In this document: positions 8,419 through 19,114 of the stretch, one piece after another
Layout of the letters: every line of letters begins with the position of its first letter
Numbering within the stretch: position 1 is the first letter of the stretch
Source: Minisyncoccia bacterium
Lineage (GTDB): Bacteria > Patescibacteriota > Minisyncoccia > Phycocordibacterales > PALSA-1337
DNA: 64,000 bases
Direction: 5' to 3'
Assembly: GCA_044228445.1 (NCBI GenBank)
Contig: JBGAUV010000002.1
Coordinates: forward strand, 140,600 to 204,599
Position numbers and translations under genes: made by a program
Notes under the pieces: model-generated
The model's input: only the letters and a program-made list of their open reading frames with translations
Told to the model about the DNA's origin: nothing
Database searches by the model: none

Positions 8419-8703
8419 TCAAAGGAGTCTGCCGATTTTAGCTTCAATTGACCTAACCACATCAGGGTGTGGGTAATTCTCAGTGATAGCAGTAGCAATG
8501 ACTGCTGCAATACCGCCAGTTGCCCAGTACTTCCAAAAACTAATTTTGTACTGGCCACTTACTGGATCAAATTCAACCCAGTTTTTTGAATTCTTACTTT
8601 TGAACTTAGGTTCTGTCATTGTTCCTTTGACAGTGAGTCCGAATTCCTTCGCAACCTTCCCCAGCTGTTCCTTGCTGAGGACCGACTTTTGAGTTGTTTT
8701 CAT
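8419..8703 (-). CDS. hypothetical protein (94 aa)
   Basis: ORF with the terminator immediately downstream. No known motif. Confidence 0.35.
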   Translation of the reverse strand: MKTTQKSVLSKEQLGKVAKEFGLTVKGTMTEPKFKSKNSKNWVEFDPVSGQYKISFWKYWATGGIAAVIATAITENYPHPDVVRSIEAKIGRLL

Positions 8704-8837
8704 CGTTCTTTTTTTACCGCCACATACTATATAACATATTTCAGGATATAAGTCAATGTTAGATTTTACCTTATTTATTAATCATTTTATAACAATAATA
8801 TTTAATATATAATGTATACAATACTTTTTTAAATAAA

Positions 8838-9455
8838 ATGAATAAGAAATATTTTTTAATTCCCATATTTTTAATCATTGGTTTTATTGCAATATATTTC
8901 TTTACAAATAAGCCTATTATTAAAAACTATCCTCCAAAGAGTCAGACTATTATTGCATTCGGAGATAGCCTTATTAGAGGAACTGGTAGTACATTAGGTA
9001 ATGACTTTATTTCTCTTTTATCAAAAAAATTAAATAAAAATATAATAAATGAAGGTATACCTGGTGAAACTACTAGTGATGCTTTAAATAGAGTTGATGA
9101 AATTATAAATAAAGACCCAGGAATTGTTATTTTATTATTTGGTGGCAATGACTATTTAAGAAATAGACCTCAAACAGAGACTTTTAGTAATTTAAGACTT
9201 CTGATTAAAAAATTACAGGATAATGGTAGTATGGTCATTCTTTTAGGGATTAGAGGGGGACTTTTGGTGGATAAATTTAGCTCTGATTTTGAAAAATTGG
9301 CAGATGAAACTGGTGTTATTTTTATACCAAATGTTCTTGAGGGTCTCATAGGTAAACCAAAGTATATGTCTAGTGATAATATTCACCCAAACAATGAAGG
9401 ATATGCAAGGATTGCTGATAAGGTCTATAATAAAATTAATAAATACATTAAATAA
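8838..9455 (+). CDS. SGNH/GDSL-family hydrolase (lipase/esterase-like), membrane-anchored
   Basis: AFGDSLIRG (GDSL block I), LLFGGND (block III), DNIHPN (DxxH block V). N-terminal TM helix. Confidence 0.8.
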   Translation: MNKKYFLIPIFLIIGFIAIYFFTNKPIIKNYPPKSQTIIAFGDSLIRGTGSTLGNDFISLLSKKLNKNIINEGIPGETTSDALNRVDEIINKDPGIVILLFGGNDYLRNRPQTETFSNLRLLIKKLQDNGSMVILLGIRGGLLVDKFSSDFEKLADETGVIFIPNVLEGLIGKPKYMSSDNIHPNNEGYARIADKVYNKINKYIK

Positions 9456-9974
9456 ATGAAAAAAATATTTTTTATATTAATTACGATTGTGGTACTTATT
9501 TCAGGTGTTTTTTACTATAATAAATTAAATACAGGTTATAAAGTCGTAAATAATAAACTTCATCATTTTTCTTTTAAATACCCAAGTTCATGGAAAATAA
9601 TTGGAAGTGGTAAAACAATTGAACAATCTAGTTTTGTAAGTGTTATAGGTAATAATATTTCTTTTACAATAACTCAATATGATAATACTAAAGGCTATAC
9701 ACCTAAACAGTGGTATGAAAGAGATACAATAGAAAAATTAGGACCTAATAATTATCCATATCCGGAAAAACTTGTTGCAAGTACTCAGAATACTATTTTA
9801 AATGGATACAATGCATATAAGGTAGTTACAAATGATGCAGGTGCTAGTTATGACTATTTTTTATCAAAAGGAAATGAAATATACGTAATTAATATAGAAA
9901 GAAACGATACGATTGATTATTCAAAAAATCAAAGATATATAGATGATATTTTAAACAGTCTGTCTTGGAATTAA
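9456..9974 (+). CDS. hypothetical membrane-anchored protein (172 aa)
   Basis: Starts immediately after the GDSL hydrolase stop. N-terminal TM helix. Confidence 0.45.
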   Translation: MKKIFFILITIVVLISGVFYYNKLNTGYKVVNNKLHHFSFKYPSSWKIIGSGKTIEQSSFVSVIGNNISFTITQYDNTKGYTPKQWYERDTIEKLGPNNYPYPEKLVASTQNTILNGYNAYKVVTNDAGASYDYFLSKGNEIYVINIERNDTIDYSKNQRYIDDILNSLSWN

Positions 9975-10064
9975 TTATTTAAAATGAATAAATTGACATA
10001 AAATAAAAAAGTATTATCCTTTTTGTAGAAGTACAAAAAATCAAAACAACTAAAAGGAGGAAAT

Positions 10065-10931
10065 ATGGAAAAAGATGAAAGGGAGGATTTTCTATTAAAG
10101 AGCTATCTAAATGATGTCCGTGATTACAATCTCATTTCCAGAGATAGAGAGGTTCAACTCGCTCAAGAAATAGCAAAAAGAAATAACGAAGCAAGAAATG
10201 AACTTGCTCTAGCAAATGTACGTTTAGTGATAAAAATCGCTATGGACTTTGACGGCTATGGTCTTTCTATTCATGACTTAATCCAAGAGGGTAACACTGG
10301 TCTCATGAAGGCTGTTGATAGATTTGACCCAACTAAGGGTGCAAAGTTTTCTACTTATGCAGCTTGGTGGATCAAACAGGCAATTAAAAGAGCTTTAAGT
10401 AACTCAGGATTTACCGTAAGGATTCCAGTTCATCTCGTGCAGTCAATTTCTAATTTGAATAGATTCAGAGAAAAATTTGAGAAGGAAAATAGAAGGTTAC
10501 CAAATGATGATGAAATTAAACAAGAACTAGGTCTTGTTGCTGATACAGTTGACGCAGCAAAGACCGTGCGAAATGGTAGAATATCACTTGATTCAAAATT
10601 TGGTGAAAGTGAGATAAGTCTTTCTGATATTCTCGAGGATGAAACATCTATCAATCCATCTTCTGCTAATGAGCTAGATGATCAACTTTCTAATTTAGCT
10701 GATCTAGTTAATAGATTAAGTAACAGAGAAAAAAACATAATCGAGTGTCGTTTTGGTCTTAATGGCAAAGAACAGATGATACTTGATGATATCGGTAAAA
10801 TTTATGGAATAACCCGAGAGAGAGTTAGACAAATTGAGGCAAAAGCACTTAAGAAGTTGCGGAATTGGCTTGATAAAAAGAATTCCGAAGTAGATCTTGA
10901 TTTGCCACCAGCAGTCTACAATGTTGGATAA
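10065..10931 (+). CDS. rpoD: RNA polymerase sigma-70 family factor (compact, 288 aa)
   Basis: Region 2 (DLIQEGNTGLMKAVDRFD, STYAAWWIKQAIKRAL). Region 4 HTH (LDDIGKIYGITRERVRQIEAKALKKLR). Strong RBS aaaggagg upstream. Confidence 0.85.
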   Translation: MEKDEREDFLLKSYLNDVRDYNLISRDREVQLAQEIAKRNNEARNELALANVRLVIKIAMDFDGYGLSIHDLIQEGNTGLMKAVDRFDPTKGAKFSTYAAWWIKQAIKRALSNSGFTVRIPVHLVQSISNLNRFREKFEKENRRLPNDDEIKQELGLVADTVDAAKTVRNGRISLDSKFGESEISLSDILEDETSINPSSANELDDQLSNLADLVNRLSNREKNIIECRFGLNGKEQMILDDIGKIYGITRERVRQIEAKALKKLRNWLDKKNSEVDLDLPPAVYNVG

Positions 10932-10943
10932 AACATACACAAA

Positions 10944-10971
10944 CAGCCTGACTACGTCAGGCTTGTTTTTA
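10944..10971 (+). terminator. intrinsic terminator after rpoD
   Basis: CAGCCTGAC-TAC-GTCAGGCTTG followed by TTTTT. Confidence 0.6.
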
Positions 10972-11130
10972 TATATAAAATAAGACTAAAAAGAGCGATT
11001 TTATCCACAGTTTTAGCTTGCTTTACTTTTTATCTTATGTATGGTATACTCTCTATCAGACGTTTGCAGTACATTGCAAACAAAAAATATTGCTTCGTCC
11101 CTAAGACGAAGCGCAACCAAAGGATAAAGA

Positions 11131-12078
11131 ATGAAAAAGTTCACGGCGATTGTCGTGACATTGTTCACGGCAATCCTTTCCCTTGCGCTCGTCGCAAGGG
11201 GACAAGCACCTGCGGGTGCTGCGGGTGCCATTGTGGTGCCACCGGTGTTCCCGGAGTTCCTGCCAATCGGAGACGAGTGGCAGATGAAGGACTGGGCGGT
11301 GACTAACCGTCAGTTCCGGATGAACGGAAACCCTTACAATGTGTCGACAATCTGGAGTATTGAGTATACTGAGGGTAATGGCTCTACTAGTACAATGGGA
11401 GCATCATCTTCAGGATACAAGTTTCTAGACTGGGATGACTTCATGCATACAGCTCAGAAGATCGGTCTCGATCTTCTGAGGCGCGTAAAGGCTACAAATA
11501 CTTTTGATAATACCAAAACCATGAAGTTCTCAGTGATTCATGGTTATGACAACATTGTCGCTCGAAAGGGTGTCAATGCTGTATATATCCGTAAGGATAT
11601 TGGTCTTGTTGAAGGTGTTGGTCCAGAATCATTTTTGGATGAAACGGGATTGATACTCCTTCAAGGAGTGGTTCGTGTTGATGGTCTTGAGAAGTTCGAA
11701 GTGACCACTAATGGTGGGTACTCTTGGACTGAGAGACCTGTACAAGACTACTTCGTCCTTAAATTTAGTGATCTTGAATCCGGGAATCCTATCCGGTACA
11801 GGGTTACTGCTAAAGGACAGTCTCAGGTTTACACCCAGACCGGAGATAAACTGTCTCAACCTACAGTCAGAGTTTTGAACGATAAAGTGATCGTTCTATA
11901 CAAGACTCCTGGTTCCAAGACTAGGATCGAGTATAAAAACTCTTTTGATGGTGAATGGGTCATTATGAAGGAGTTTCCCTCAACTGACTTGAGCCAGTAC
12001 AAAGAGATACTGAACTATCCACCAGAAATCGGTTCCGGTGGAGTCAGTATAAGGCTCTTCCGAGCCTCGTCGGAATAA
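11131..12078 (+). CDS. secreted hypothetical protein (315 aa), GC-rich
   Basis: Signal-peptide-like N-terminus MKKFTAIVVTLFTAILSLALVA. The 5' UTR holds a perfect hairpin GCTTCGTC-CCTAA-GACGAAGC at 11091-11111. Confidence 0.5.
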   Translation: MKKFTAIVVTLFTAILSLALVARGQAPAGAAGAIVVPPVFPEFLPIGDEWQMKDWAVTNRQFRMNGNPYNVSTIWSIEYTEGNGSTSTMGASSSGYKFLDWDDFMHTAQKIGLDLLRRVKATNTFDNTKTMKFSVIHGYDNIVARKGVNAVYIRKDIGLVEGVGPESFLDETGLILLQGVVRVDGLEKFEVTTNGGYSWTERPVQDYFVLKFSDLESGNPIRYRVTAKGQSQVYTQTGDKLSQPTVRVLNDKVIVLYKTPGSKTRIEYKNSFDGEWVIMKEFPSTDLSQYKEILNYPPEIGSGGVSIRLFRASSE

Positions 12079-12090
12079 ACGAGGTCAAGC

Positions 12091-12124
12091 AAAAAGGGCG
12101 TTACTTGCGTAACGCCCTTTCTTC
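12091..12124. terminator. bidirectional intrinsic terminator between convergent genes
   Basis: AAAAA-GGGCGTTAC-TTGC-GTAACGCCC-TTTCTTC. Confidence 0.65.
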
Positions 12125-12142
12125 TATCATTTTATAAACTAA

Positions 12143-15100
12143 TTAAATTTCACCTGCATTTGATATTCTGAGTAAGGCTGTATTACTAAATTCATCTGGA
12201 ATCATTGGGTCTGCGCTAACACATTTCAAATAGAATGAGTATGTACCTGTTTCAGCTATCTTAGCTTCAAGTCCTAGTGCACTACCGTTTTTGCTATTAT
12301 TAAACCAATTCCATACAGCAGAACCATCGCTTCCATCTGGTTTAATTGTAACTGATGTACAACTATATCCACTCAAGTTATTACTCTTCCACGCTAGATT
12401 GAATGTTCCTGTTGGACCTACTTTGTAAGGTACTACTGCTTTTGGATCTCCGACTACAGGTGTTGTAATTGGCTTATCTATTACTCCAGAGCCACCAATA
12501 AATAATTTAATATTTGGATTAGATGTCACTATTGGAGGTGCAGGAGGTGGAGGATTCTGTCCATTGTTACCTCCTCCGCCGCCACCATTAATTGGATCTG
12601 GTGGAGGTGGTGGAGGAGCAGGTGATGTTACTGTTAATGTTACAGAGTTACTATTTATTGTTGGCGAGTTAGCTTTTGTACATGTGATAGAAAATATATA
12701 TGAACCATCAACTATAGATGAAAGGTTTGTTGGTAAAGAAGTGTTTGTACCAGTTATTGAACCTCCCCAAGCCCATATGCTATTTCCACTACTACCATCA
12801 GGTTTAACATTATTAAATGAACAACTATATCCAATAGGTGGGTTAGCCATTGTCCACTGCAAACCAAATGTATCACCTCTAACAACACTTGTAGAAGGAC
12901 CATAACTTACATCAACTGATTTTTTTATACCAAGACTTAGATTTGAAACGGGACAACCAATTGTAGTTACTTTAGGCGTTATGACACTTGCAACTGGTGA
13001 TGAAGCTAATGTCTTACCTGAAACTACAGCACTAATAACATAGTTATACTTTGTGCCAGTATTAAATACGGGATATTTTTCTGTATTCATTGTTGCAGAG
13101 CCAGATAGGGTATATGTTGCATCAATTTTGTTAATTACTGTATTTAATCTAGTTATTGTATATGAACTAGCATTTGGTATCGGACTCCATGTTTGACTTA
13201 CCCATAATTCAAGCGGTGTACATTTATCAGAAGAAGGTGTTACTGTAAATTGATAGTTCGGAGGAATAATAGGAGCGGGTTGAATTATAATCTTTACTGT
13301 ATTGCTTGATACTATATTTCCATTTGAACAAGATATATTGAGTGTATATGTTCCAATTTCAAGACCTGTAGTTTCCAAACTATTTGCTTGACCATTTATT
13401 TCGGTTCCATATGACCAGATTGAATTGTTTATATTACCAGTAGGCATTGTTGTCTTTTGGTCACATACGGTATAGTCGGGAGTCAAGTTGCTTGCCCATA
13501 GTAAATCAAATTTTTCACCAGAAACAACAGTCGCTGAATTATTCATACTTGATACCGAAGTTTGATAGGTATAGTTTGAAAAGTTAATATTTGAATCTGT
13601 GCTCTTTTTTATAAACAACTTGATTGATTTTGCTACTCCGACTGGACAACCCTCAAGTGGAGCGATTACTGATATTTGTGGAGAAGCTTGTTTTTCTATT
13701 CCACCAACAATAGCTGTAACTTTATAGTAATATTTTTTTCCGGTTTCAAATGTAAAGGTAGGATATACCTCAGTATTTTCTGTTCCTGTAACACTAAATA
13801 TTACCGTTTCTGGTGTACTATCCTTAATTCTGTATAGTTTGTATGAGGTAGCTCCTGGTACTGGACTCCACTTTTGTTTTATCCAAATATCATTTGCTGA
13901 ACATTGGTTTGAAGAAGTTGTAACTGTAAAATTATATACAGGAGGAAGTTCATTTATTGTTATTCTTGAAACATTACTTGTAACTGTATTTCCAGCGGTA
14001 TTTGTACAAGACAGCATTAGCTTATATGTACCGTATGGTTTATTTTGACTTGAAAGACCTGTAACTATTGAATTAAGTCCCGTACCATAAACCCAAAGAC
14101 TATTATTTGTATTATTATTAACATCCTGTGTTGCTTGTCTACATGTATAGTCAGGAGTCAAGTTGCTTACCCATCTTATGTCAAAAGTTTTTCCGGCAAA
14201 TAGACTTACATCGGTATTGGATGCAGAAGTAGTTGTTGTTAATGAATAATTAGACAAGTCTTTTGTCATATCAGTTGATTCTTTTGCAAATAGTTTTATT
14301 GATGGTGAAGCAACACTTTGTGGGCAATTTGCTCCAGTTAAGACTGTTGGTGAGAATGCAAAAACAGAAGGGGATAGTGCCTGCTCTGCTCCAGAAATTA
14401 CAGCTGAAACTTTATATTCATAAAGTTCACTAAATGAAAGTATTTTATCTTCAAATGTAATCTTTCCTGCAACCATATAGTATGGAGTGGTTGTGCTATA
14501 TACTTTTTCAGGTTCGTTCGTGTGCATTCTATAAAGTCTATATGAACTTGCTCCTGGAATTGGACTCCAACTTGCAGTAATTTTTAAATCACTCAAATTA
14601 CAACTATCTGCACTTCTGATTGCTGTAAGGTTATATGGTAATGGCGTAGATTGAACGCTTATATTATATGTTGTTGAGTGTGATATTGTTTGTCCACCAG
14701 TAGTTACAGTTGTGTTTATTGGAACAGAATTACAAGTAAAACCAGTTCCTATATTGTACGGATCACCGTTTATTGTATATCCGCCAGCACCACAACCATA
14801 AGGACCTGTCGCTACAGCTATTCTCTGATTTGCTATCATATCCTTACCTTGATCACCTAATATTTTAGTACCAGTAGATGTTAAACAATCTCCATCATCG
14901 TATTGAATACATTTAACTGAAAATTGTCCACCGTTATTGTAGTCGCTACTTGGAGAAAAACCTGAATCCTTACTACAACCAAAATAGAAACCGTTATACA
15001 TTGTAGGAGAGTTATCATGTGTCCAGTCTACCTTACAATAATAAACATATGGTGTGGTATTTGTTGTTGTAACTACTGTTGTACCTTGTTTTGTATATGT

Positions 15101-16030
15101 ACCTGTAACTTTAACTGTATATGTACCTGGGACTGTACTACCCAATGACTGCACTCTTAGAGTAGAATTTGAACTAGGTGTTAATACTCTTTGTCCGAAA
15201 GCAGTACTACCTACAATAAGACCAGTACTTAAGTCCTTTACTTCAGCACCTGAAGAATCTTTTATTGAATCTACATTTAATGTTACTTCACCAGTAGCAC
15301 CAGCATTTAAATTTGTTAGGCTTATTATACTATCAGCAGGGTCACCAATTATGATAGTTTTATTTCCATCATTTGATATTCCGAAATCAAAACTAGGTGT
15401 TGAAGCTGTATTTGATACAGTAAAGTTAATTGAATCAACACCAATATAGTTATCACCGGTATTATTTGGAAAAAATAGATTGTAATTTGTCCAGGGGTAT
15501 CTGGTTCCTAATCCATCATATAGTACTGGTTGTTCAGCAATTTGTTTTAACCTGGGTATTGTTGTTCCATCTATATAACCAGGAGTAATATCACTTGCTG
15601 CATTGAAGAAAACATGTAGTGTATAGTTTCCTGGCTGAAGGTTTGATAATAAAGTAGAATTGTTTAAATCTGTTTTAATTACATTACTATTTATAATCAT
15701 TCCATTTGGTACTGGGTCATCTGCCCAAAAATCTGTTTTAGCAGGTATTTGAGGATTATAATTAAAACTAGAATTATTTGTTACTCTATATCCTGCAAGT
15801 ATAGTTCTTGATCCATATGTTTTTGGGAAAGTAAGAGAAAGTTGCAAAGAATCACCAGTATTAAAGCTTGTTTTGTTTATGCTTACATTTGCTGTACCGA
15901 TATTTGCACCAATAGTTGAATTTGAGAGATTTACAGTGTTAGCTTTAGCTGTATTTGTAAATATAAAACCAAGAGATAGTACAAATAGTGAAATTGTTAA
16001 TTTATAGGAATTTATTTTCATTTTTTTCAT
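12143..16030 (-). CDS. giant secreted/cell-surface protein (1295 aa) with tandem Ig/FN3-like repeat modules
   Basis: Signal peptide. ~230-aa modules repeated 3-4 times (KLF.K.STD...NLTPDYTC...SIW.YGT...GTY.L..C.N, then WSP(I/V)PGA(S/T)SY.LYR). Pro/Gly linker PPPPPPDPINGGGGGGNNGQNPPPPAPP. Confidence 0.75.
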   Translation of the reverse strand: MKKMKINSYKLTISLFVLSLGFIFTNTAKANTVNLSNSTIGANIGTANVSINKTSFNTGDSLQLSLTFPKTYGSRTILAGYRVTNNSSFNYNPQIPAKTDFWADDPVPNGMIINSNVIKTDLNNSTLLSNLQPGNYTLHVFFNAASDITPGYIDGTTIPRLKQIAEQPVLYDGLGTRYPWTNYNLFFPNNTGDNYIGVDSINFTVSNTASTPSFDFGISNDGNKTIIIGDPADSIISLTNLNAGATGEVTLNVDSIKDSSGAEVKDLSTGLIVGSTAFGQRVLTPSSNSTLRVQSLGSTVPGTYTVKVTGTYTKQGTTVVTTTNTTPYVYYCKVDWTHDNSPTMYNGFYFGCSKDSGFSPSSDYNNGGQFSVKCIQYDDGDCLTSTGTKILGDQGKDMIANQRIAVATGPYGCGAGGYTINGDPYNIGTGFTCNSVPINTTVTTGGQTISHSTTYNISVQSTPLPYNLTAIRSADSCNLSDLKITASWSPIPGASSYRLYRMHTNEPEKVYSTTTPYYMVAGKITFEDKILSFSELYEYKVSAVISGAEQALSPSVFAFSPTVLTGANCPQSVASPSIKLFAKESTDMTKDLSNYSLTTTTSASNTDVSLFAGKTFDIRWVSNLTPDYTCRQATQDVNNNTNNSLWVYGTGLNSIVTGLSSQNKPYGTYKLMLSCTNTAGNTVTSNVSRITINELPPVYNFTVTTSSNQCSANDIWIKQKWSPVPGATSYKLYRIKDSTPETVIFSVTGTENTEVYPTFTFETGKKYYYKVTAIVGGIEKQASPQISVIAPLEGCPVGVAKSIKLFIKKSTDSNINFSNYTYQTSVSSMNNSATVVSGEKFDLLWASNLTPDYTVCDQKTTMPTGNINNSIWSYGTEINGQANSLETTGLEIGTYTLNISCSNGNIVSSNTVKIIIQPAPIIPPNYQFTVTPSSDKCTPLELWVSQTWSPIPNASSYTITRLNTVINKIDATYTLSGSATMNTEKYPVFNTGTKYNYVISAVVSGKTLASSPVASVITPKVTTIGCPVSNLSLGIKKSVDVSYGPSTSVVRGDTFGLQWTMANPPIGYSCSFNNVKPDGSSGNSIWAWGGSITGTNTSLPTNLSSIVDGSYIFSITCTKANSPTINSNSVTLTVTSPAPPPPPPDPINGGGGGGNNGQNPPPPAPPIVTSNPNIKLFIGGSGVIDKPITTPVVGDPKAVVPYKVGPTGTFNLAWKSNNLSGYSCTSVTIKPDGSDGSAVWNWFNNSKNGSALGLEAKIAETGTYSFYLKCVSADPMIPDEFSNTALLRISNAGEI

Positions 16031-16031
16031 A

Positions 16032-16397
16032 TTATCTGTTGTATCTATTAAGGGCTTCTAATATCGTCGCTTTCTCTTCTGTAGTTAATTGCATTTCATT
16101 TCCACTGCTAAACTGAGCTAGTATAGTTCTTTTTTCATATGGTGTTAGAGGTTCTTCATTTATTCTTGCTATTCTTGCAAATAGCTCTGCTTTTTTATCT
16201 GAAATTGAGACTTTCTTATTAATATCGAGACTACCTTGCGGGTTTATATCAATTCTTCTTTGGAGTTTTAATTTATCTCCAACGACATTTCCAATATATT
16301 GCCATAAGAATGACATTCCAATTATGATAAGCAGCACAATTATGAGCCACATTGCTTTCTTGTGACTGTCATCTTTCGGTTTTTTTAAAAATTCCAT
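16032..16397 (-). CDS. small single-TM protein (121 aa) leading the giant-protein operon
   Basis: Stop lies 2 nt before the giant gene start. TM helix WLIIVLLIIIGMSFLW. Confidence 0.5.
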   Translation of the reverse strand: MEFLKKPKDDSHKKAMWLIIVLLIIIGMSFLWQYIGNVVGDKLKLQRRIDINPQGSLDINKKVSISDKKAELFARIARINEEPLTPYEKRTILAQFSSGNEMQLTTEEKATILEALNRYNR

Positions 16398-16499
16398 ATG
16401 ATTTTGGGTTTAGAACTATTAATATGAATTCTATTATACCATTATATTGATTTGTATATTCTGCTTGCTGTGGAAATGTAAATATGATAATTTGGGTCT

Positions 16500-16865
16500 A
16501 TGCAAAATATACATATATTGATAAATATTATCGGACAGGTATTATTCGGAGGTTATTTCTTTTGGAATGGTATAAAGCACTTTAAAGACCATAAGTCATA
16601 CACAATGTATGCTCAAGCAATGGGTGTTCCTTTTGCTAGTATTATGGTTTATTTTAGCGGTTTATTTATATTTTTAGGTGGACTTGGAGTAATATTTAAT
16701 ATTCAAAAGACAATATCTCTTATACTCATACTAGTTTTCTTAGTGCCAGTTACATATAAAATGCATCAATTCTGGAAAAAGGAGAATTCAGCTGAAAAGA
16801 ATAGTGAAATGATAACTTTCCTAAAGAACGTAGCACTTATAGGAGCCGTGTTACTACTAATGTAG
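16500..16865 (+). CDS. DoxX-like small membrane protein
   Basis: Three to four TM helices, 121 aa. Pattern typical of the DoxX family. Confidence 0.45.
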   Translation: MQNIHILINIIGQVLFGGYFFWNGIKHFKDHKSYTMYAQAMGVPFASIMVYFSGLFIFLGGLGVIFNIQKTISLILILVFLVPVTYKMHQFWKKENSAEKNSEMITFLKNVALIGAVLLLM

Positions 16866-16912
16866 TTTCAATTAGGCAGTCTATTGTGCTAAAATAGCCT
16901 TTAAGGCTAAAT

Positions 16913-19114
16913 ATGAATGAAAATTCTAATAACAATTCTTTAAGCAAGTATTCAAGTCCATACAACCCTCAAAATACTGAAAAGAGGATATACGAAATTT
17001 GGGAAAATAGTGGCTTTTTTAATCCTGACAATATTGTAAAAAGTGAGGGTAAACTTGCTATAAATAAAGATAGTAAACCTTTTACTATCATTATGCCACC
17101 TACAAATGCCAATGGTTCTCTTCATGCAGGACATGGTCTTGTTATGACTATAGAGGATATTATGGTTAGGTATAAGAGAATGAAAGGGTATAGAGCTCTA
17201 TGGCTTCCTGGGCTTGATCATGCTGGTTTTGAAACTCAAGTAGTTTATGAAAAAAAGCTTGAAAAAGAAGGAAGAACACGTTTTGATATACCACCAAAAC
17301 AACTTTATGATGAAATTTTGGATTTTACTCTTACAAATTCAAAAAACATAAAGGAACAAATTCGTGCAGTAGGTGCAAGTTGTGATTGGTCACGTGAAAG
17401 ATTCACTTTAGACCCACAAGTTGTTGATATTGTATATGGAACATTCAAAAAGCTTTATGATGATAACTTACTTTACAGAGGAAAAAGAATTGTAAGTTGG
17501 TGTCCAAAGCATCAAACATCATTTTCTGATCTTGAAATAAAAGATGAAGAAAAAACCGAGAGTTTTTACTATTTTAAATACGGTCCTTTTACCATAGGTA
17601 CCTCTAGACCAGAAACAAAGTTCGGAGATAAATACGTTGTAATGCACCCAGATGATAAAAGATATGCAGGCTATAAACATGGTCAAAAAATCGATTTGGA
17701 ATGGATAAATGGACCTATAACAGCGACAATTATAAAAGATGAAAGTGTAGATATGGCTTTTGGAACAGGTGTTATGACTATTACTCCTTGGCATGATGCT
17801 ACAGATTTTGCTATTGCAGAGAAATTTAATTTGGATAAAGAACAAGTAATTGATGAAAAAGGAAAACTTTTACCAATAGCAGGTGAATTTGCTGGGCTTC
17901 ATATTACAAAAGCAAGACCTTTAATAGTAAAAAAGCTACAAGATAAAGGTTTGGTGGAGAAAATTGATGAAAACTACAAACATACAGTACGTACTTGCTA
18001 TAAATGTGGAACTACAATAGAACCTCAGATCAAGAGTCAATGGTTTATTCGTATGAAACCACTTGCAGATAAAGCACTAGAAAAGATAAAATCTGGGGAA
18101 ATAAAATATATTCCAGATCATTATGAAAAGATAACAACTCATTGGTTATCAAATATTATGGATTGGAATATTTCAAGACAAATAGTTTGGGGAATTCCTA
18201 TTCCAGCAAAATTATGCAAACATTGTGGTGAAGGTTTTGTTGATTTAAAAGATGAAATAAATAAATGTAAAAAATGTGGAGGTGAAGTTTATAAGGACAA
18301 TGATACATTTGATACATGGTTTTCTTCTGGACAATGGCCTTTTGCAAGTCTAGGTTTTCCTAATAGCGATGATTTTAAAAACTTCTATCCAACTGATGTT
18401 ATGGAAACAGCTGGAGAAATCATATTCTTTTGGGTAAGTCGTATGATAATGCTTGGTCTATACATGACAGGAAAACTACCTTTCAAAACTGTTTATTTAC
18501 ACGGTCTAGTTCTAGATGCAAAAGGTCAAAAAATGAGTAAGAGTAAAGGAAATGTGATCAATCCTCTAGACTATATGTCAAAATACGGTACCGATTCTTT
18601 TAGAATGGGTCTGGTTATAGGTAATACTCCTGGAACTTCACTTTCTCTTTCTGAAGAGAAAATAAAAGCATATAAACTATTTGCAAATAAACTTTGGAAT
18701 GTTACTAGATTTGTTCTTACCTCTACTTCAGGTATTGAAATAAATAGAGAATTTAATAATTGGAGTACAAAAGATAAACTATATATCGATGAATTTTCTG
18801 CTCTTAAAAAAGAATTAACAAAAGAAATGGATGATTTCAAATTCTATATGGTTGCTGAGAAGATTTATGGTTATGTCTGGCATAACTTTGCTAGTGTTAT
18901 TCTTGAAGAAAGTAAAGTTATCTTTAAAGAGGGAAGTGAAGTTGAAAAAGAGTCTAGAAATCAATTCCTATTAAATGTTTTATATGACATTATTCATCTT
19001 CTTCACCCATTTATGCCTTTTATTACAGAAGAAATATGGGCCGATTTTCCAAAGGGAAAAGATATTGCTGAAAATAAAAATAATTTATTAATGATACAAA
19101 AATGGCCAGAATAA
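16913..19114 (+). CDS. valS: valyl-tRNA synthetase (compact form)
   Basis: PPTNANGSLHAGHG (HIGH), QKMSKSKGNV (KMSKS). RERFTLDP..LYRGKRIVSWCPKHQTSFSDLE parallels ValRS. Confidence 0.85.
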   Translation: MNENSNNNSLSKYSSPYNPQNTEKRIYEIWENSGFFNPDNIVKSEGKLAINKDSKPFTIIMPPTNANGSLHAGHGLVMTIEDIMVRYKRMKGYRALWLPGLDHAGFETQVVYEKKLEKEGRTRFDIPPKQLYDEILDFTLTNSKNIKEQIRAVGASCDWSRERFTLDPQVVDIVYGTFKKLYDDNLLYRGKRIVSWCPKHQTSFSDLEIKDEEKTESFYYFKYGPFTIGTSRPETKFGDKYVVMHPDDKRYAGYKHGQKIDLEWINGPITATIIKDESVDMAFGTGVMTITPWHDATDFAIAEKFNLDKEQVIDEKGKLLPIAGEFAGLHITKARPLIVKKLQDKGLVEKIDENYKHTVRTCYKCGTTIEPQIKSQWFIRMKPLADKALEKIKSGEIKYIPDHYEKITTHWLSNIMDWNISRQIVWGIPIPAKLCKHCGEGFVDLKDEINKCKKCGGEVYKDNDTFDTWFSSGQWPFASLGFPNSDDFKNFYPTDVMETAGEIIFFWVSRMIMLGLYMTGKLPFKTVYLHGLVLDAKGQKMSKSKGNVINPLDYMSKYGTDSFRMGLVIGNTPGTSLSLSEEKIKAYKLFANKLWNVTRFVLTSTSGIEINREFNNWSTKDKLYIDEFSALKKELTKEMDDFKFYMVAEKIYGYVWHNFASVILEESKVIFKEGSEVEKESRNQFLLNVLYDIIHLLHPFMPFITEEIWADFPKGKDIAENKNNLLMIQKWPE

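Noticed and set aside
12564-12905. Plus-strand ORF encoding PPPPPP/GGGGGG peptide
   Set aside because: It is the antisense reading of the Pro/Gly linker of the giant surface protein gene.
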